From Synechococcus sp. (lineage in GTDB: Bacteria > Cyanobacteriota > Cyanobacteriia > PCC-6307 > Cyanobiaceae), in contig JBJBCN010000003.1 of NCBI GenBank assembly GCA_047285805.1, positions 224,001 through 288,000 on the forward strand: a stretch of 64,000 nt of DNA. The letters are read 5' to 3'. Positions 41,772 through 51,682 of this stretch are shown here, in pieces (position 1 is the first letter of the stretch; the number at the start of each line of letters is the position of its first letter). The notes under the pieces were generated by a model that saw nothing but the letters and a program-made list of their open reading frames with translations, was not told where the DNA came from and ran no database searches. A program made the translations under genes and the position numbers.

Positions 41772-42764
41772 TTATATGGGACTTGGCAGTGTCATACAAA
41801 TGTTGGACTGCTCAACGCACTGCTCGATCAAGTCAGCCAGTAGCAAAGCGCGCGAGGCCTGGGGGCCATCTACCGCTGGCTGTTCTTCACCTCGAACACA
41901 CTGGAGGAAGTGCTCGAGCTCAGCTACTAGAGGGTCCACCGGGGAAGTGCTGACCTCTTCGATGAAACCGTCATTGCGGTAAAGCAGTTCGCCGTGGTCT
42001 GCGCTGAAAGACTGATGAGTCCGCCTGTGAATCTGAAGGCTTCGGTTAAGGAAGTCGGTTTCCACAAGGGCGCTGCGGCAGTGGGCTGAGAGGCTGCGAA
42101 TTTTGCGGTGGGCCATCTTGCTGGCGGTCAGGCTGGCGACCACACCATTGGCAAAGCCCAAGGTGGCATTGACGTAATCGATCGGACCAGCGGCGCTGCG
42201 GCCGCCGGCGGCCGCAAGACGAATGACGGGAGCCTGAGCAAGTTCCAGCACCAAATCAATATCATGGATCATTAGATCCAGCACCACCGATACGTCATTG
42301 GCGCGGTCCGGGTTGGGGCTATGGCGACGGGCCTCCAGCACCACCACTTGTTCGCCAGCGACCACCTTGACTAACTCGCGGAAGGCTGGGTTGAAGCGTT
42401 CGATGTGGCCTACCTGCAGCAAACGGCCGGCGGCTTTCGCTGCTCGAATCAGATCGGAGGCCTCGTCTTGGGTGGCTGCGATCGGCTTCTCAATCAATAC
42501 ATGGACCCCGGCATCGAAGCAAGCCATCCCGACGCGATGGTGCAACAGAGTCGGTACCGCGATGCAGACCGCTTCAACTTCCTTCAGCAGATCGGTGTAA
42601 TCGCCAAACCAGCGGCAGCCAAACTGCTCAACCGCGAGCTGACCGCGATGGGGGTCTGGGTCAGCAACGCCGACCAGCTCGGCATCCTTGAGCAAGCTGA
42701 GCACCCTGGCGTGGTGCCAGCCCATATTTCCGATTCCAATCACTCCAACGCGGACTGGCTTCAT
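41772..42764 (-). CDS. Gfo/Idh/MocA-family oxidoreductase
   Basis: GVIGIGNMG, HVLIEKP, VGHIERFNP and DLMIHDID. Confidence 0.92.
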   Translation of the reverse strand: MKPVRVGVIGIGNMGWHHARVLSLLKDAELVGVADPDPHRGQLAVEQFGCRWFGDYTDLLKEVEAVCIAVPTLLHHRVGMACFDAGVHVLIEKPIAATQDEASDLIRAAKAAGRLLQVGHIERFNPAFRELVKVVAGEQVVVLEARRHSPNPDRANDVSVVLDLMIHDIDLVLELAQAPVIRLAAAGGRSAAGPIDYVNATLGFANGVVASLTASKMAHRKIRSLSAHCRSALVETDFLNRSLQIHRRTHQSFSADHGELLYRNDGFIEEVSTSPVDPLVAELEHFLQCVRGEEQPAVDGPQASRALLLADLIEQCVEQSNICMTLPSPI

Positions 42765-42798
42765 GGAGTTGGAGTTCCGGCTCGGCCATTATCAGGGA

Positions 42799-44088
42799 TC
42801 ACAGGTCGTCTTCGCTGCTGGTTTCAGGCAAACGGCGACTGATCTCTACACGCTCAATCCGAGGGCCATCCATCGCCAGGACCTCGAACTGGTGCCCCTT
42901 CCAAAACACACTTTCACCCGGTGAGGGGATGTGCTGAAGGCGCTCCAAGAGGAAACCGGCGAGGGTGTGATGTTCGTCGGATTCAGGCAACAGGAGGTTG
43001 AGCTCCCGGTTGAGCTCGTAAATCTCCAGATCTCCGGCCACCAGCCAGCTGTCGTCCTGGAGCTGCTGGAGGTCCTCCTCGGGATTTTCGGGATCCTTTT
43101 CTTCGCCGACGATCTCGCTGGTGAAATCCGAAATCGTAACCAGACCCTCGGTGCCGCCGTGCTCATCCACCACGAGCAACAGCGGTTGACCACTACGAAT
43201 CAAGGGCAGCAATTCAGCTACCGGTGTGGTCTCTTGGACCTTGGTAACTGCGGTTACATAGGGAGCCAAGGGTGTATGCCGCTGCAGCAGTCCCTTGGCA
43301 ATGGGTTCCGCCAAACGCCTTAGGTCCAGCACTCCGCGCACGTCATCGAGGCAGCTACCCAAGACCGGGAATCGGGCGTGGTGGGTCGTATGGACCGCCT
43401 CCATCAGCTCACCAAAGCGCACCTCCAAAGGCAGGGTGACCATGCCCGAACGGGGGACCATCACCTCCCGCACCTGGGTATCGCGCAGAGAAAAGAGACC
43501 CTCCAACATGTCGCGCTCATCAGGCATCAATCCAGTGACGCTGTTGGACTCAATCAGGGTTTCGAGCTCACCCGCTGAGAGCGCCGGCACCAACTGATCC
43601 CAGTTGCGCGGCAAGCCCAGCAGGCGCAGCATCCCATCGCCCAAGCGCTCCACCACCGCCAAAAACGGCGCTAAAGTTCGAATGATGTTCTCCAGCACCG
43701 GAGCGAGCCGCAGAGCGGTGGCTTCCGGGCGATGCAAGACCCAGGCCTTGGGCACCAAGCCACCCAAAACAGTGGCCAGGAGCACAAGGAGGGCAAAGAC
43801 AGCAATGTCCCACCAGACCTGCTGGCGGGACACAGTGGAGAGCCGTTCCGCCAGGGCGCGGCCGCTCCAACCCAAGGCCAGCATGGCCATGGCCATGCCG
43901 AGCTGCGTCGTCACTAGGGCCCGAAGCAAACGCCGCTGTAGGCGTGCCACGGCAGTCGCGCCGGCGTGGCCGTCCTCCTCGAGCAACTGCACCCTGGTCG
44001 GGCGCAGGCGAATCAGGGCCAATTCGGAGGCGGCAAAAAATGCCAGCAGGATCAGCAGGGCCGCCGGAGCCAGAAATCGCATCGCCAA
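42799..44088 (-). CDS. CNNM/CBS/CorC (hemolysin-family) membrane protein
   Basis: FFAASELAL, VREVMVPR, VVDEHGGTEGLVT and TLAGFLLE. Confidence 0.9.
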   Translation of the reverse strand: MAMRFLAPAALLILLAFFAASELALIRLRPTRVQLLEEDGHAGATAVARLQRRLLRALVTTQLGMAMAMLALGWSGRALAERLSTVSRQQVWWDIAVFALLVLLATVLGGLVPKAWVLHRPEATALRLAPVLENIIRTLAPFLAVVERLGDGMLRLLGLPRNWDQLVPALSAGELETLIESNSVTGLMPDERDMLEGLFSLRDTQVREVMVPRSGMVTLPLEVRFGELMEAVHTTHHARFPVLGSCLDDVRGVLDLRRLAEPIAKGLLQRHTPLAPYVTAVTKVQETTPVAELLPLIRSGQPLLLVVDEHGGTEGLVTISDFTSEIVGEEKDPENPEEDLQQLQDDSWLVAGDLEIYELNRELNLLLPESDEHHTLAGFLLERLQHIPSPGESVFWKGHQFEVLAMDGPRIERVEISRRLPETSSEDDL

Positions 44089-44092
44089 AGAA

Positions 44093-44165
44093 TGGGGGTC
44101 GCGAGGATCGAACTCGCCTAAGGCGGATTATGAGTCCGCTGCATTCACCAGATTGCTAGACCCCC
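44093..44165 (-). tRNA. tRNA with CAT anticodon, probably tRNA-Ile2 (lysidine), otherwise Met
   Basis: GGGGGTCTAGCAATCTGGTGAATGCA GCGGA CT-CAT-AA TCCGC CTTAGGCGAGTTCGATCCTCGCGACCCCCA; lacks the initiator C1:A72 mismatch and the three consecutive G-C pairs. Confidence 0.9.
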
Positions 44166-44180
44166 GGCTGTTGTGGTTTA

Positions 44181-44651
44181 TCACACGCCCCGCACTGGAG
44201 CAGAGAGGTTGCCGCAGCCGCCTTGGGACAACCCTTGGCAGAAGCCATTGGAGGCATCGGTTGTGCGCCAAGGCAGGGGGATGCTCTGCTGATCCAGGAG
44301 AACTTGATAACTGTTATGGACCGCCGAGCCGTCCCAGACGATCGTCTGATCCGGGAAGCCCAGGCCCATCACCCGATTACCCTCACGGCGGCCCATGGCA
44401 ATGCCTAGAACATCAGTGATCTGATTGACGACGCTCACCCCACGTGCATACGGCCCTGTGTAGCGGAAGAAGAACTGCTCCATCAGCTCAGAAGTAGTCG
44501 TCACCGGCGCGCAGCGATTCACCTCCACAAGCAAAGAACCATCGAGGGGGGCCTCGATGCTGGTGCGACAGACAACGGGGCGCGCTGAAGCAGCCGGGCT
44601 CAGTGATCCCCCCGTGGTGGCAGCGATAACGAGTGAATGGAGCAGCTGCAT
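44181..44651 (-). CDS. Conserved picocyanobacterial hypothetical exported protein
   Basis: Signal-like N-terminus; VMGLGFPDQTIVWDG motif. Confidence 0.6.
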   Translation of the reverse strand: MQLLHSLVIAATTGGSLSPAASARPVVCRTSIEAPLDGSLLVEVNRCAPVTTTSELMEQFFFRYTGPYARGVSVVNQITDVLGIAMGRREGNRVMGLGFPDQTIVWDGSAVHNSYQVLLDQQSIPLPWRTTDASNGFCQGLSQGGCGNLSAPVRGV

Positions 44652-44711
44652 CCCTTAGGGCTCTGGGCTCTAGGCGCAAACTAGACAGAACGAGAGTTCG
44701 ACGCCAGCGGA

Positions 44712-45296
44712 GTGACTACCACCGTTCCCCTCCCTTCCACCAGCACCGAACAGCGGCAGCTGCTGCTGGAGCTGCTGGCCACGCGGGCTTACCGCCACGG
44801 CAACTTCACTCTGGCCTCCGGCCGAACCAGCACTCACTACGTCAACTGCAAGCCCGTCAGCCTCAGCGGATTGGGGCTCGCGCTGCTATCAGCCCAAATG
44901 CTGGAACTCGTCGAGCCCGGCGCTGTGGCAGTCGCGGGCCTCACCCTCGGCGCCGACCCACTGGTCAGTGGCGTGGCGCAAGCCGCGGCCTTGGCAGGCC
45001 AAGCCCTGGATGCCCTTATCGTCCGCAAGGAAGCCAAAGGACATGGCACCGGTGCCTGGCTAGAAGGGCCCCTGCCGGAAGCGGGCAGCCTGATCACCGT
45101 GCTCGAGGACGTGGTCACCACTGGGGGCTCCTCCCTCAAAGCGGTGAAGCAGTTGCGCAAAGCGGGGTATGTGGTCGAGCGCGTCGTGACGATCGTCGAT
45201 CGCCAAGAAGGTGGCCTTGCTGCAATGCAGGAAGACGGTCTTGAACTGCGCAGCTTGTTCCAGCTGGATGAAGTCGCAGCCGCACACCAAGCATGA
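44712..45296 (+). CDS. pyrE: Orotate phosphoribosyltransferase
   Basis: [15 protein letters not shown] and the PRPP motif [11 protein letters not shown]. Confidence 0.96.
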   Translation: MTTTVPLPSTSTEQRQLLLELLATRAYRHGNFTLASGRTSTHYVNCKPVSLSGLGLALLSAQMLELVEPGAVAVAGLTLGADPLVSGVAQAAALAGQALDALIVRKEAKGHGTGAWLEGPLPEAGSLITVLEDVVTTGGSSLKAVKQLRKAGYVVERVVTIVDRQEGGLAAMQEDGLELRSLFQLDEVAAAHQA

Positions 45297-46153
45297 GCGC
45301 AGCCAGCCGCTGGGGCACTCCCGTAAGCGTGATCCGTCTGGAGGGAAGCGACACCCGTCGCTTTCTCCATGGCCAGAGCAGTCAAGCAATTGAACTGGCC
45401 AAACCCGGAGACTGTCTGCCAACGTGCTTGATAAGCCCAACGGCCCGAATGCGCGGCCTTGCGCTGGCCTGCGTCGATGACGCAGGCGCTGACCTGATCG
45501 TCATCGCAGGCAATGGCGAAGCCATCCGGTCCGGCTTAGACCGGGTACTTTTCCCTGCCGACAACGTGCAGCTGGGTGCTGTTGAGCGGGCCACCCTCTG
45601 GCAGTGGCAGGGCGGCGCCCAAGCCGAGGCGACAGTGCTGCTTCGCCCAGGCGTCGACCTCGGCAGCGGGTCCGATGCCGAGGTTGTCTTGCAGCGATCC
45701 GGCGCGGAGCTGCCACCGTGGCTGGGTGACCTTCAGGAATGGTCCAATGAACAGGTGGAAGCCAACCGGCTGCACCATGGCCTACCCGCCGAACCTGGCG
45801 AACTCAATGACGACACCAATCCGTTTGAGCTGGGACTAACCAATTGGGTGAGCCTGCACAAGGGTTGCTACGTGGGCCAGGAGACCCTGGCGAAACTCGC
45901 TACCTATGACGGGGTGAAGCAACAGCTGCGCTACTGGGAAAGCAGCGAAGCCGTCGAGCCCGGCACAACCCTGAGCAGCTCTGGCGGTGAACGCGCTGGA
46001 GTAGTGACCTCCTCTCAGGGGTGCCGGGGGCTCGCGATGATCCGCCGCTCTCAGCTCAAGGCCAGCAACCTTCAGGCAGATGGCACCGAGGTGACCATCA
46101 GCACACCCCTTGCCTTTGTCGCTCCTCCGATCGGCACTGGCGGTCAGGGCTGA
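45293..46153 (+). CDS. ygfZ: YgfZ/GcvT-like folate-binding protein
   Basis: Signature [19 protein letters not shown]. Confidence 0.88.
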   Translation: MSAASRWGTPVSVIRLEGSDTRRFLHGQSSQAIELAKPGDCLPTCLISPTARMRGLALACVDDAGADLIVIAGNGEAIRSGLDRVLFPADNVQLGAVERATLWQWQGGAQAEATVLLRPGVDLGSGSDAEVVLQRSGAELPPWLGDLQEWSNEQVEANRLHHGLPAEPGELNDDTNPFELGLTNWVSLHKGCYVGQETLAKLATYDGVKQQLRYWESSEAVEPGTTLSSSGGERAGVVTSSQGCRGLAMIRRSQLKASNLQADGTEVTISTPLAFVAPPIGTGGQG

Positions 46154-47595
46154 TCGAGAAGCCAACGGGCGACCACCCAGGTCGCCAAGGCATCGTCGTG
46201 GTTGTAGCGGAAGATCCGGCGCAGGTTCAGACGAGAGCCACGGCCATCGGCGCCGGCTCCACCCAGGCGCCAGCGGCGCCACCAGAGCAAGGCCCGAGCG
46301 CCATCAACCCCCTGCTGGCTCCAACGGAAGCCAAGCCAACTGGCTACCGCCTTCAGCCCGTAGCTGTTGGTGGGCATCCACCAGTGCTGGCGCAGGCGCT
46401 GATGCACATCCAGCATCCGAGCCCGCAAAGCCTTGAGCTCCCGCTCGCGCAGGCCCAAGCGTTGGCCCATCCTGACCAGGGCCAAGACCTCCGTTTCGCC
46501 GAAGTGCAAGACCGGCCAATCGGGATAGGCCTCGAGTAAGCGCATCAGTCGCTGCCAGAGCCGCTCTTCGCCGTGCTCGAGCAAGGCCAGGATTGGGTGA
46601 TAAGGCGCTTCTGACGCCTGAGCAAGATCGGGCCAGCTGCCATCGGGATTGCGGGGCAGGCGCACAAAGCCATGCAAGAAATCGTCCCGGGCATCGGGAT
46701 CCGATTCGATGTCGTAGATCAGCACCCCAGGGGCATCCAACAATTCTGGCAAGGCCGCCAGAGGGTCACGCCGTAGCGGTTCACCCTTCGCCTGCACCTG
46801 AGCCTGGGTCACCAGCTGTGGGGCGATCTCGGCGTGCTGCTCGCCGTAGGTCATCAGCCGAGCGGCCAGCTCGCTTGGATCGGCCTGAGCCAGGGCCGTC
46901 AGGCGATCAATCCCCAGCTCAAGCAACATGTCGCGCCGCTTCGCGCCAATGCCGCTGACTTCGCTGAGGTGCCCTTCCGCCGCCGCCACTTGATCGCAGC
47001 TGGACTTCCAGCTGCAGAGCACGCACTTCTTGCGATCCGCCACCAACGGGGGAGGCATCGAACGGCATAGGTCGTCGGCGAGGCGGTCCAGCGCCTCATC
47101 CAACTGACGCGGGAGGCTGCCGGCCAACGGCACGGTCTCCTGCTGCAGGCCGCGCCCGGAGCCTGAGAGCACCAAGGCCGTTCGCACCGGCGACTGTTGC
47201 GCCTCCGCCAGTAAGCGACCCCAGAGGGCCAAGACATAACGATGCTCACGGGTGGTGCGCCGGCCGGGCCGGAACAGCACCGGCCGGTAGCTGTGGGAGC
47301 CCCAACGGCTGGAGCCTTTAACCCGCTGCAGCAGAGGGGGATGGGCTTCAATACCGTCACCCTTTAGACGAAAACCGACTAGCGCCGAGGCTCCCGCGCG
47401 AGCCGCCGCCTCGCCATGGCCCGGGCGCTCGGGAAACAAGGTAGCAAAACTGCGGCGCTGCTCATCAAGCTGCAGCTCCCGGTGGGAGGTCCACTGGCGC
47501 TGGGTGCTGTCGCCGTGGCAATCAAGCCAGGCGCGGCGCTTGCAGCGCAGCCAACTGCGCAACAGCCGGTCGGTCAGCAGGATTTGTCCAAGCAC
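46144..47595 (-). CDS. TM0106-family RecB-like nuclease with a C-terminal RNase H-like domain
   Basis: WLRCKRRAWLD, CVLCSW, YDIESDP, SYGLKAVA and YNHDD. Confidence 0.82.
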   Translation of the reverse strand: MLGQILLTDRLLRSWLRCKRRAWLDCHGDSTQRQWTSHRELQLDEQRRSFATLFPERPGHGEAAARAGASALVGFRLKGDGIEAHPPLLQRVKGSSRWGSHSYRPVLFRPGRRTTREHRYVLALWGRLLAEAQQSPVRTALVLSGSGRGLQQETVPLAGSLPRQLDEALDRLADDLCRSMPPPLVADRKKCVLCSWKSSCDQVAAAEGHLSEVSGIGAKRRDMLLELGIDRLTALAQADPSELAARLMTYGEQHAEIAPQLVTQAQVQAKGEPLRRDPLAALPELLDAPGVLIYDIESDPDARDDFLHGFVRLPRNPDGSWPDLAQASEAPYHPILALLEHGEERLWQRLMRLLEAYPDWPVLHFGETEVLALVRMGQRLGLRERELKALRARMLDVHQRLRQHWWMPTNSYGLKAVASWLGFRWSQQGVDGARALLWWRRWRLGGAGADGRGSRLNLRRIFRYNHDDALATWVVARWLLDQP

Positions 47596-47695
47596 CCATT
47601 GACGCTAGGTGGCCGTCTTCGGGTCCGGCACCTGGATCAACGCAGGCGGTGAGGCGGGCTGCTAGCACCATGAATAACGCCCGTGCCCTACTCCG

Positions 47696-49198
47696 ATGGC
47701 TTCAGCGCCCCTGCCCTTGGAGGCCAGCCCGATCGCCTTCGGAACCGATGGCTGGCGCGGCATCCTCGGCTTGGACATCACCGTAGAGAAGCTGCTGCCG
47801 GTGGCGGCGGCTTCGGCGCGTGAGCTCGAGGCTTCGGCTCCGGCCGGCCTGACCAGCCGCGAAGTCGTTATCGGCTACGACCGCCGTTTCCTCGCGCCCG
47901 AACTCGCCGAAGCGATATGCAGCGCCGTCCGCGGAGCCGACCTGGTGCCGGTGCTGGCGGGAGCGCCCATCCCCACTCCGGCCGCCAGTTGGGCCGTGGT
48001 TGAGCGTAAAGCCCTTGGCGCACTGGTCATCACTGCGAGCCATAACCCGCCAGAGTGGCTGGGCCTCAAAATCAAAGGCCCCTTCGGCGGGTCGGTAGAA
48101 GGCGACTTCACACAGCGCGTCGAACGGCGGCTTCAGGCGGGCGGCATCTCCGTGCCGGTCCAAGGGGAGACCCTGCGCTTTGACGCCATGGGGACCTACC
48201 TGGCCGGACTGAAAGCCAAGGTCGACACCCAGTCCCTGAGCGACGGACTGGAACGTCTCGGCCTGCAGGTGATCGTCGATCCCATGCACGGCTCAGCGGC
48301 CGGCGGCCTAAGCCGCCTGCTGGAGGGCGCCGCCCAACGCGATCACCTGCGCGAAATCCGCTCGAACCGCGACACCCTCTTTGGCGGCAATCCACCGGAA
48401 CCCCTAGCCCCCTATTTACAGGAGCTGATCACGGAGGTGCGGGCTTCAACCCTGACGGGCAGGCCAGCGGTGGGCATCGTGTTTGACGGCGATGGCGATC
48501 GCATCGCTGCAGTGGATGAACACGGACGCTTTTGCAGCACCCAGCTGCTGATGCCACTGTTCATCGATCACCTGGCCCGCGCCAAGGGGCTGAGCGGTTC
48601 GGTCGTGAAAACCGTGAGCGGCTCGGACCTTATGCAACTGGTGGCCGAAGACCTGGGCAGGCCCGTGCTGGAGAAAGCAGTGGGCTTCAAGTACATCGCG
48701 GCGGAAATGCTCAGCAGTGACGTGATGGTGGGCGGCGAAGAGTCAGGCGGTGTGGGCTTCGGGAGCCACCTACCGGAGCGCGATGCTCTCTACGCCGCGC
48801 TGCTCTTGATTGAGGCCCTCGTAGAGGGAGGAAAGCCCCTTGGCGTCCGGGTCAGCGAACTCCAAGAGCGCTGCGGAGGTGCCGCGGCCTATGACCGCTT
48901 GGACCTGCGACTACGAGACATGGCCACCCGGCAACGGCTCGAGCAGTACCTAGCCAGCACGCCACCGGCAGAGGTCGCCGGGATCGCGGTGCAAGAGGTG
49001 ATCACAACCGACGGGGTAAAACTGCGTCTGGGCCCCAGCCACTGGTTAATGCTGCGCTTCTCCGGCACCGAGCCATTGCTGCGGCTCTACTGCGAGGCAC
49101 CGTCAGAATCAAGAGTAAAAGAAGTTCTTGCGTGGGCGCAAAGTTTCGCAGGGAGGCAGTCTGAAGCAGAGACATCCCGAAGAGAAACCAGGCCATAA
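47696..49198 (+). CDS. Phosphoglucomutase/phosphomannomutase
   Basis: FGTDGWRG, ITASHNP, DGDGDR, GGEESGG and RFSGTEP. Confidence 0.94.
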   Translation: MASAPLPLEASPIAFGTDGWRGILGLDITVEKLLPVAAASARELEASAPAGLTSREVVIGYDRRFLAPELAEAICSAVRGADLVPVLAGAPIPTPAASWAVVERKALGALVITASHNPPEWLGLKIKGPFGGSVEGDFTQRVERRLQAGGISVPVQGETLRFDAMGTYLAGLKAKVDTQSLSDGLERLGLQVIVDPMHGSAAGGLSRLLEGAAQRDHLREIRSNRDTLFGGNPPEPLAPYLQELITEVRASTLTGRPAVGIVFDGDGDRIAAVDEHGRFCSTQLLMPLFIDHLARAKGLSGSVVKTVSGSDLMQLVAEDLGRPVLEKAVGFKYIAAEMLSSDVMVGGEESGGVGFGSHLPERDALYAALLLIEALVEGGKPLGVRVSELQERCGGAAAYDRLDLRLRDMATRQRLEQYLASTPPAEVAGIAVQEVITTDGVKLRLGPSHWLMLRFSGTEPLLRLYCEAPSESRVKEVLAWAQSFAGRQSEAETSRRETRP

Positions 49199-49223
49199 TG
49201 ACGAATAGGTAATTGCCAAGTGA

Positions 49224-50153
49224 ATGAAGGCTCTAGTCACAGGTGGCGCAGGCTTCATCGGCGGTCATATCGCTAGAGACCTCTGCAGAAAGGGAGAGGA
49301 CGTAACCGTAATTGACAATTTGAGAACGGGAAACATGAAGAATGTGCCGGCTTCATCAAGGTTCCTGAGATTAGACTTAGGAAGAGACAGTCTAGAAGAG
49401 GCTTTCAAGGAAGGTTATGATGTTGTTTATCATTTTGCGGGCCAGAGCTCAGTAGAGATCTCTTATTCCGACCCTCTATACGACCTAGACACGAACTGTA
49501 GATCTACGCTTCAATTGCTAGATCTTTGCAGAAGAAGCGGCACAAATAGATTCATTTTTGCCAGCACTATGTCTGTCTACGGAGGAGAGGGTGAAATGCC
49601 GAAGGATGAAAGTGCACCAAGAAACGGGAAGAATTTTTACGCAATCTCAAAGAAGGCAAGTGAAGACTACCTTTGGATTTATGAGAGGTTTGGAATAAAA
49701 AGTACTGCGCTACGGCTCTTCAACATCTACGGACCAGGTCAGAATTTAGAAAACCTTCGGCAAGGCATGCTCTCTATCTACCTGGCTCAAGCAATGAGAA
49801 CTGGCAAGATTCTTGTCAAAGGAAGCCTTGAGAGGACAAGAGACTTTGTCTATATAGACGATGTCATAGGTGCAACGAGAGCCGTGACAGCAAGTGAATC
49901 ATGCTGGGGCAGAGCCTTGAATGTATGCTCGGGCAAAGAATTCAGCGTTAAAGACATAATAGACTTAATATCCAAGGCACTAATGAAAGATGTGAGCATA
50001 GAGATTGCAGCAGGTACACCCGGAGATATTGACCGGATGGTTGGGTGCCCGGAATTGCTTAAAGAGTTAACCGGGTACGAATGCCGAGTCGGTCTACAAG
50101 ATGGAATAGAATCGATGATAAGCTCAGTCAAAGGAGACAATTACTATGCATAG
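49224..50153 (+). CDS. NAD-dependent epimerase/dehydratase (extended SDR)
   Basis: TGGAGFIG, ASTMSVYG, YAISK, FNIYGPGQ and RDFVYIDD. Confidence 0.9.
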   Translation: MKALVTGGAGFIGGHIARDLCRKGEDVTVIDNLRTGNMKNVPASSRFLRLDLGRDSLEEAFKEGYDVVYHFAGQSSVEISYSDPLYDLDTNCRSTLQLLDLCRRSGTNRFIFASTMSVYGGEGEMPKDESAPRNGKNFYAISKKASEDYLWIYERFGIKSTALRLFNIYGPGQNLENLRQGMLSIYLAQAMRTGKILVKGSLERTRDFVYIDDVIGATRAVTASESCWGRALNVCSGKEFSVKDIIDLISKALMKDVSIEIAAGTPGDIDRMVGCPELLKELTGYECRVGLQDGIESMISSVKGDNYYA

Positions 50154-50892
50154 CAACAGAAAGATAGGGATTGTAACTGGATGCGGCAAAGGAATTGGAA
50201 GAGCAATTCTGGAGGAACTCGGCAAAAAGCCCGAATGGCATTTGGTAGGTATTCACAGGAGTGGGGTTGATAAAGAGCGTCAGCTTAAACAAGTAATAGG
50301 GAATAGGTTGAAGCTAATCCAGGGTGACGTGACATCAACAACGATTTGGGATGAGGCGATTGATGCAGCTACCAATGCATTTGGCAATTCACCGAAACAC
50401 TATATAGCGAATGCTGGCATGAGGTGTAGGGATAGGATAGAGAATGTTTCAACTGAAAGGCTGGGACAATTGTGGAATACCAACTACTTTGCTCTGCGCG
50501 AGATGATTTGTACAATGACAAGGAAAAAAGTAATTGAGACTTCTAATGTAGTATATATATCTTCCATAGTTGGTCAGCTTGGATTTGCCGATTTAGATGA
50601 TTATGGAGCCACTAAAGCCGCTTGCGACTCGTTACTACGATCAATGGCATCAAGGCACGGACAAGCCAGGTTCAACTCAATCGCACCAGGCTTTACAAAA
50701 AGCTCATACGCCGAAGCATTTGAAAAGAATCAAAGAGATCTGCACGAATGGACATTAGAAAGAGCACGAATGCGCAGGTGGGGTGAGTGCCAAGAAGTCG
50801 CGAAGGTTGTTGAGTTCTTGTGCTCAGAAAGCAGCTCATTCATTACAGGTCAAGTCATCAACGTTGATGGAGGTTGGACTACAAATGCCTAA
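50146..50892 (+). CDS. Classical SDR oxidoreductase
   Basis: TGCGKGIG, NAG, ISS, YGATK, NSIAPG and ITGQVINVDGG. Confidence 0.9.
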   Translation: MHSNRKIGIVTGCGKGIGRAILEELGKKPEWHLVGIHRSGVDKERQLKQVIGNRLKLIQGDVTSTTIWDEAIDAATNAFGNSPKHYIANAGMRCRDRIENVSTERLGQLWNTNYFALREMICTMTRKKVIETSNVVYISSIVGQLGFADLDDYGATKAACDSLLRSMASRHGQARFNSIAPGFTKSSYAEAFEKNQRDLHEWTLERARMRRWGECQEVAKVVEFLCSESSSFITGQVINVDGGWTTNA

Positions 50893-51673
50893 TGCAAGAT
50901 TTATGGTTCTGATTCCTTGCCGCCTTAATTCGACAAGGCTACCAGGGAAAGCGCTGAAAAAACTAGGCAACAAAACGCTGATTGAGACTGTTTATTCCAA
51001 TGCAAAGCAAGCATTAGAAGAGATACGCCTTGATGCAGACATTGCAGTATGTACTGACTCAACAGAGATCGTGGCTGTACTCGCCGCAGGTAGGGTGCCT
51101 ACATACATGACTTCTAGCACTCACAAGAACGGAACAGAGCGGATTGCCGAGTGCATAAGGAGATACGACTTAAAGCATGAGTTTATAATCGACATACAGG
51201 GAGACGAGCCCTTTGTCAATGCAGAGATTTTAGAGGTTGTAGCACATGAAATTCTGGCTCAGCAAGATCGAAACAGTCAACGTTCATACATTGTCCTCCC
51301 GCATCAGCAAATGAGCTACGAGGAAGCTGTAAGGGAAAGCGTCGTAAAACTTGTGCTCAATCGCCATGGCAATGTCATGTACATGAGCAGAGCACTGATC
51401 CCACAAACACACAAACCGAACGACGCAGCCAATTCTGTGCTTTACGCGAAACATCTTTCTGTAATTGGTTTCACAAGATCTGCGTTGTCACGGTATGCAG
51501 AGTTAGAAAGAGGTGAGAATGAATCACGTGAGGATATTGAGTTATTGCGAGCCCTTGAAGATGGAATCATGATAGTATCTCCCAGATCAGAATCCAGCAC
51601 ATTTTCAATTGACACAGAAGATGACCTGCATAAGGCTAGAGGCCTTATATGCACAAACGACGATGGCAACTAA
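50885..51673 (+). CDS. KdsB-like (CMP-Kdo synthetase family) cytidylyltransferase
   Basis: IPCRLNSTRLPGKAL, GTERIAE, IQGDEP, MSRALIP, ELLRALE and IDTEDDL; ATG 50885 overlaps the SDR stop. Confidence 0.87.
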   Translation: MPNARFMVLIPCRLNSTRLPGKALKKLGNKTLIETVYSNAKQALEEIRLDADIAVCTDSTEIVAVLAAGRVPTYMTSSTHKNGTERIAECIRRYDLKHEFIIDIQGDEPFVNAEILEVVAHEILAQQDRNSQRSYIVLPHQQMSYEEAVRESVVKLVLNRHGNVMYMSRALIPQTHKPNDAANSVLYAKHLSVIGFTRSALSRYAELERGENESREDIELLRALEDGIMIVSPRSESSTFSIDTEDDLHKARGLICTNDDGN

Positions 51674-51682
51674 AATGGTTAA

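Noticed and set aside
44093..44165. tRNA as integration site for the islets
   Set aside because: Both tRNAs are flanked by core-like genes; no duplicated tRNA 3' end, integrase or transposase was found.
46144..47595. Cas4-like or defence nuclease
   Set aside because: It fits the TM0106 family in a core gene context; no cas genes or repeat-spacer array were seen in the window.
12410..48505. HIP1 (GCGATCGC) enrichment
   Set aside because: Only a handful of copies were noticed by eye; over-representation cannot be claimed without counting against a background model.
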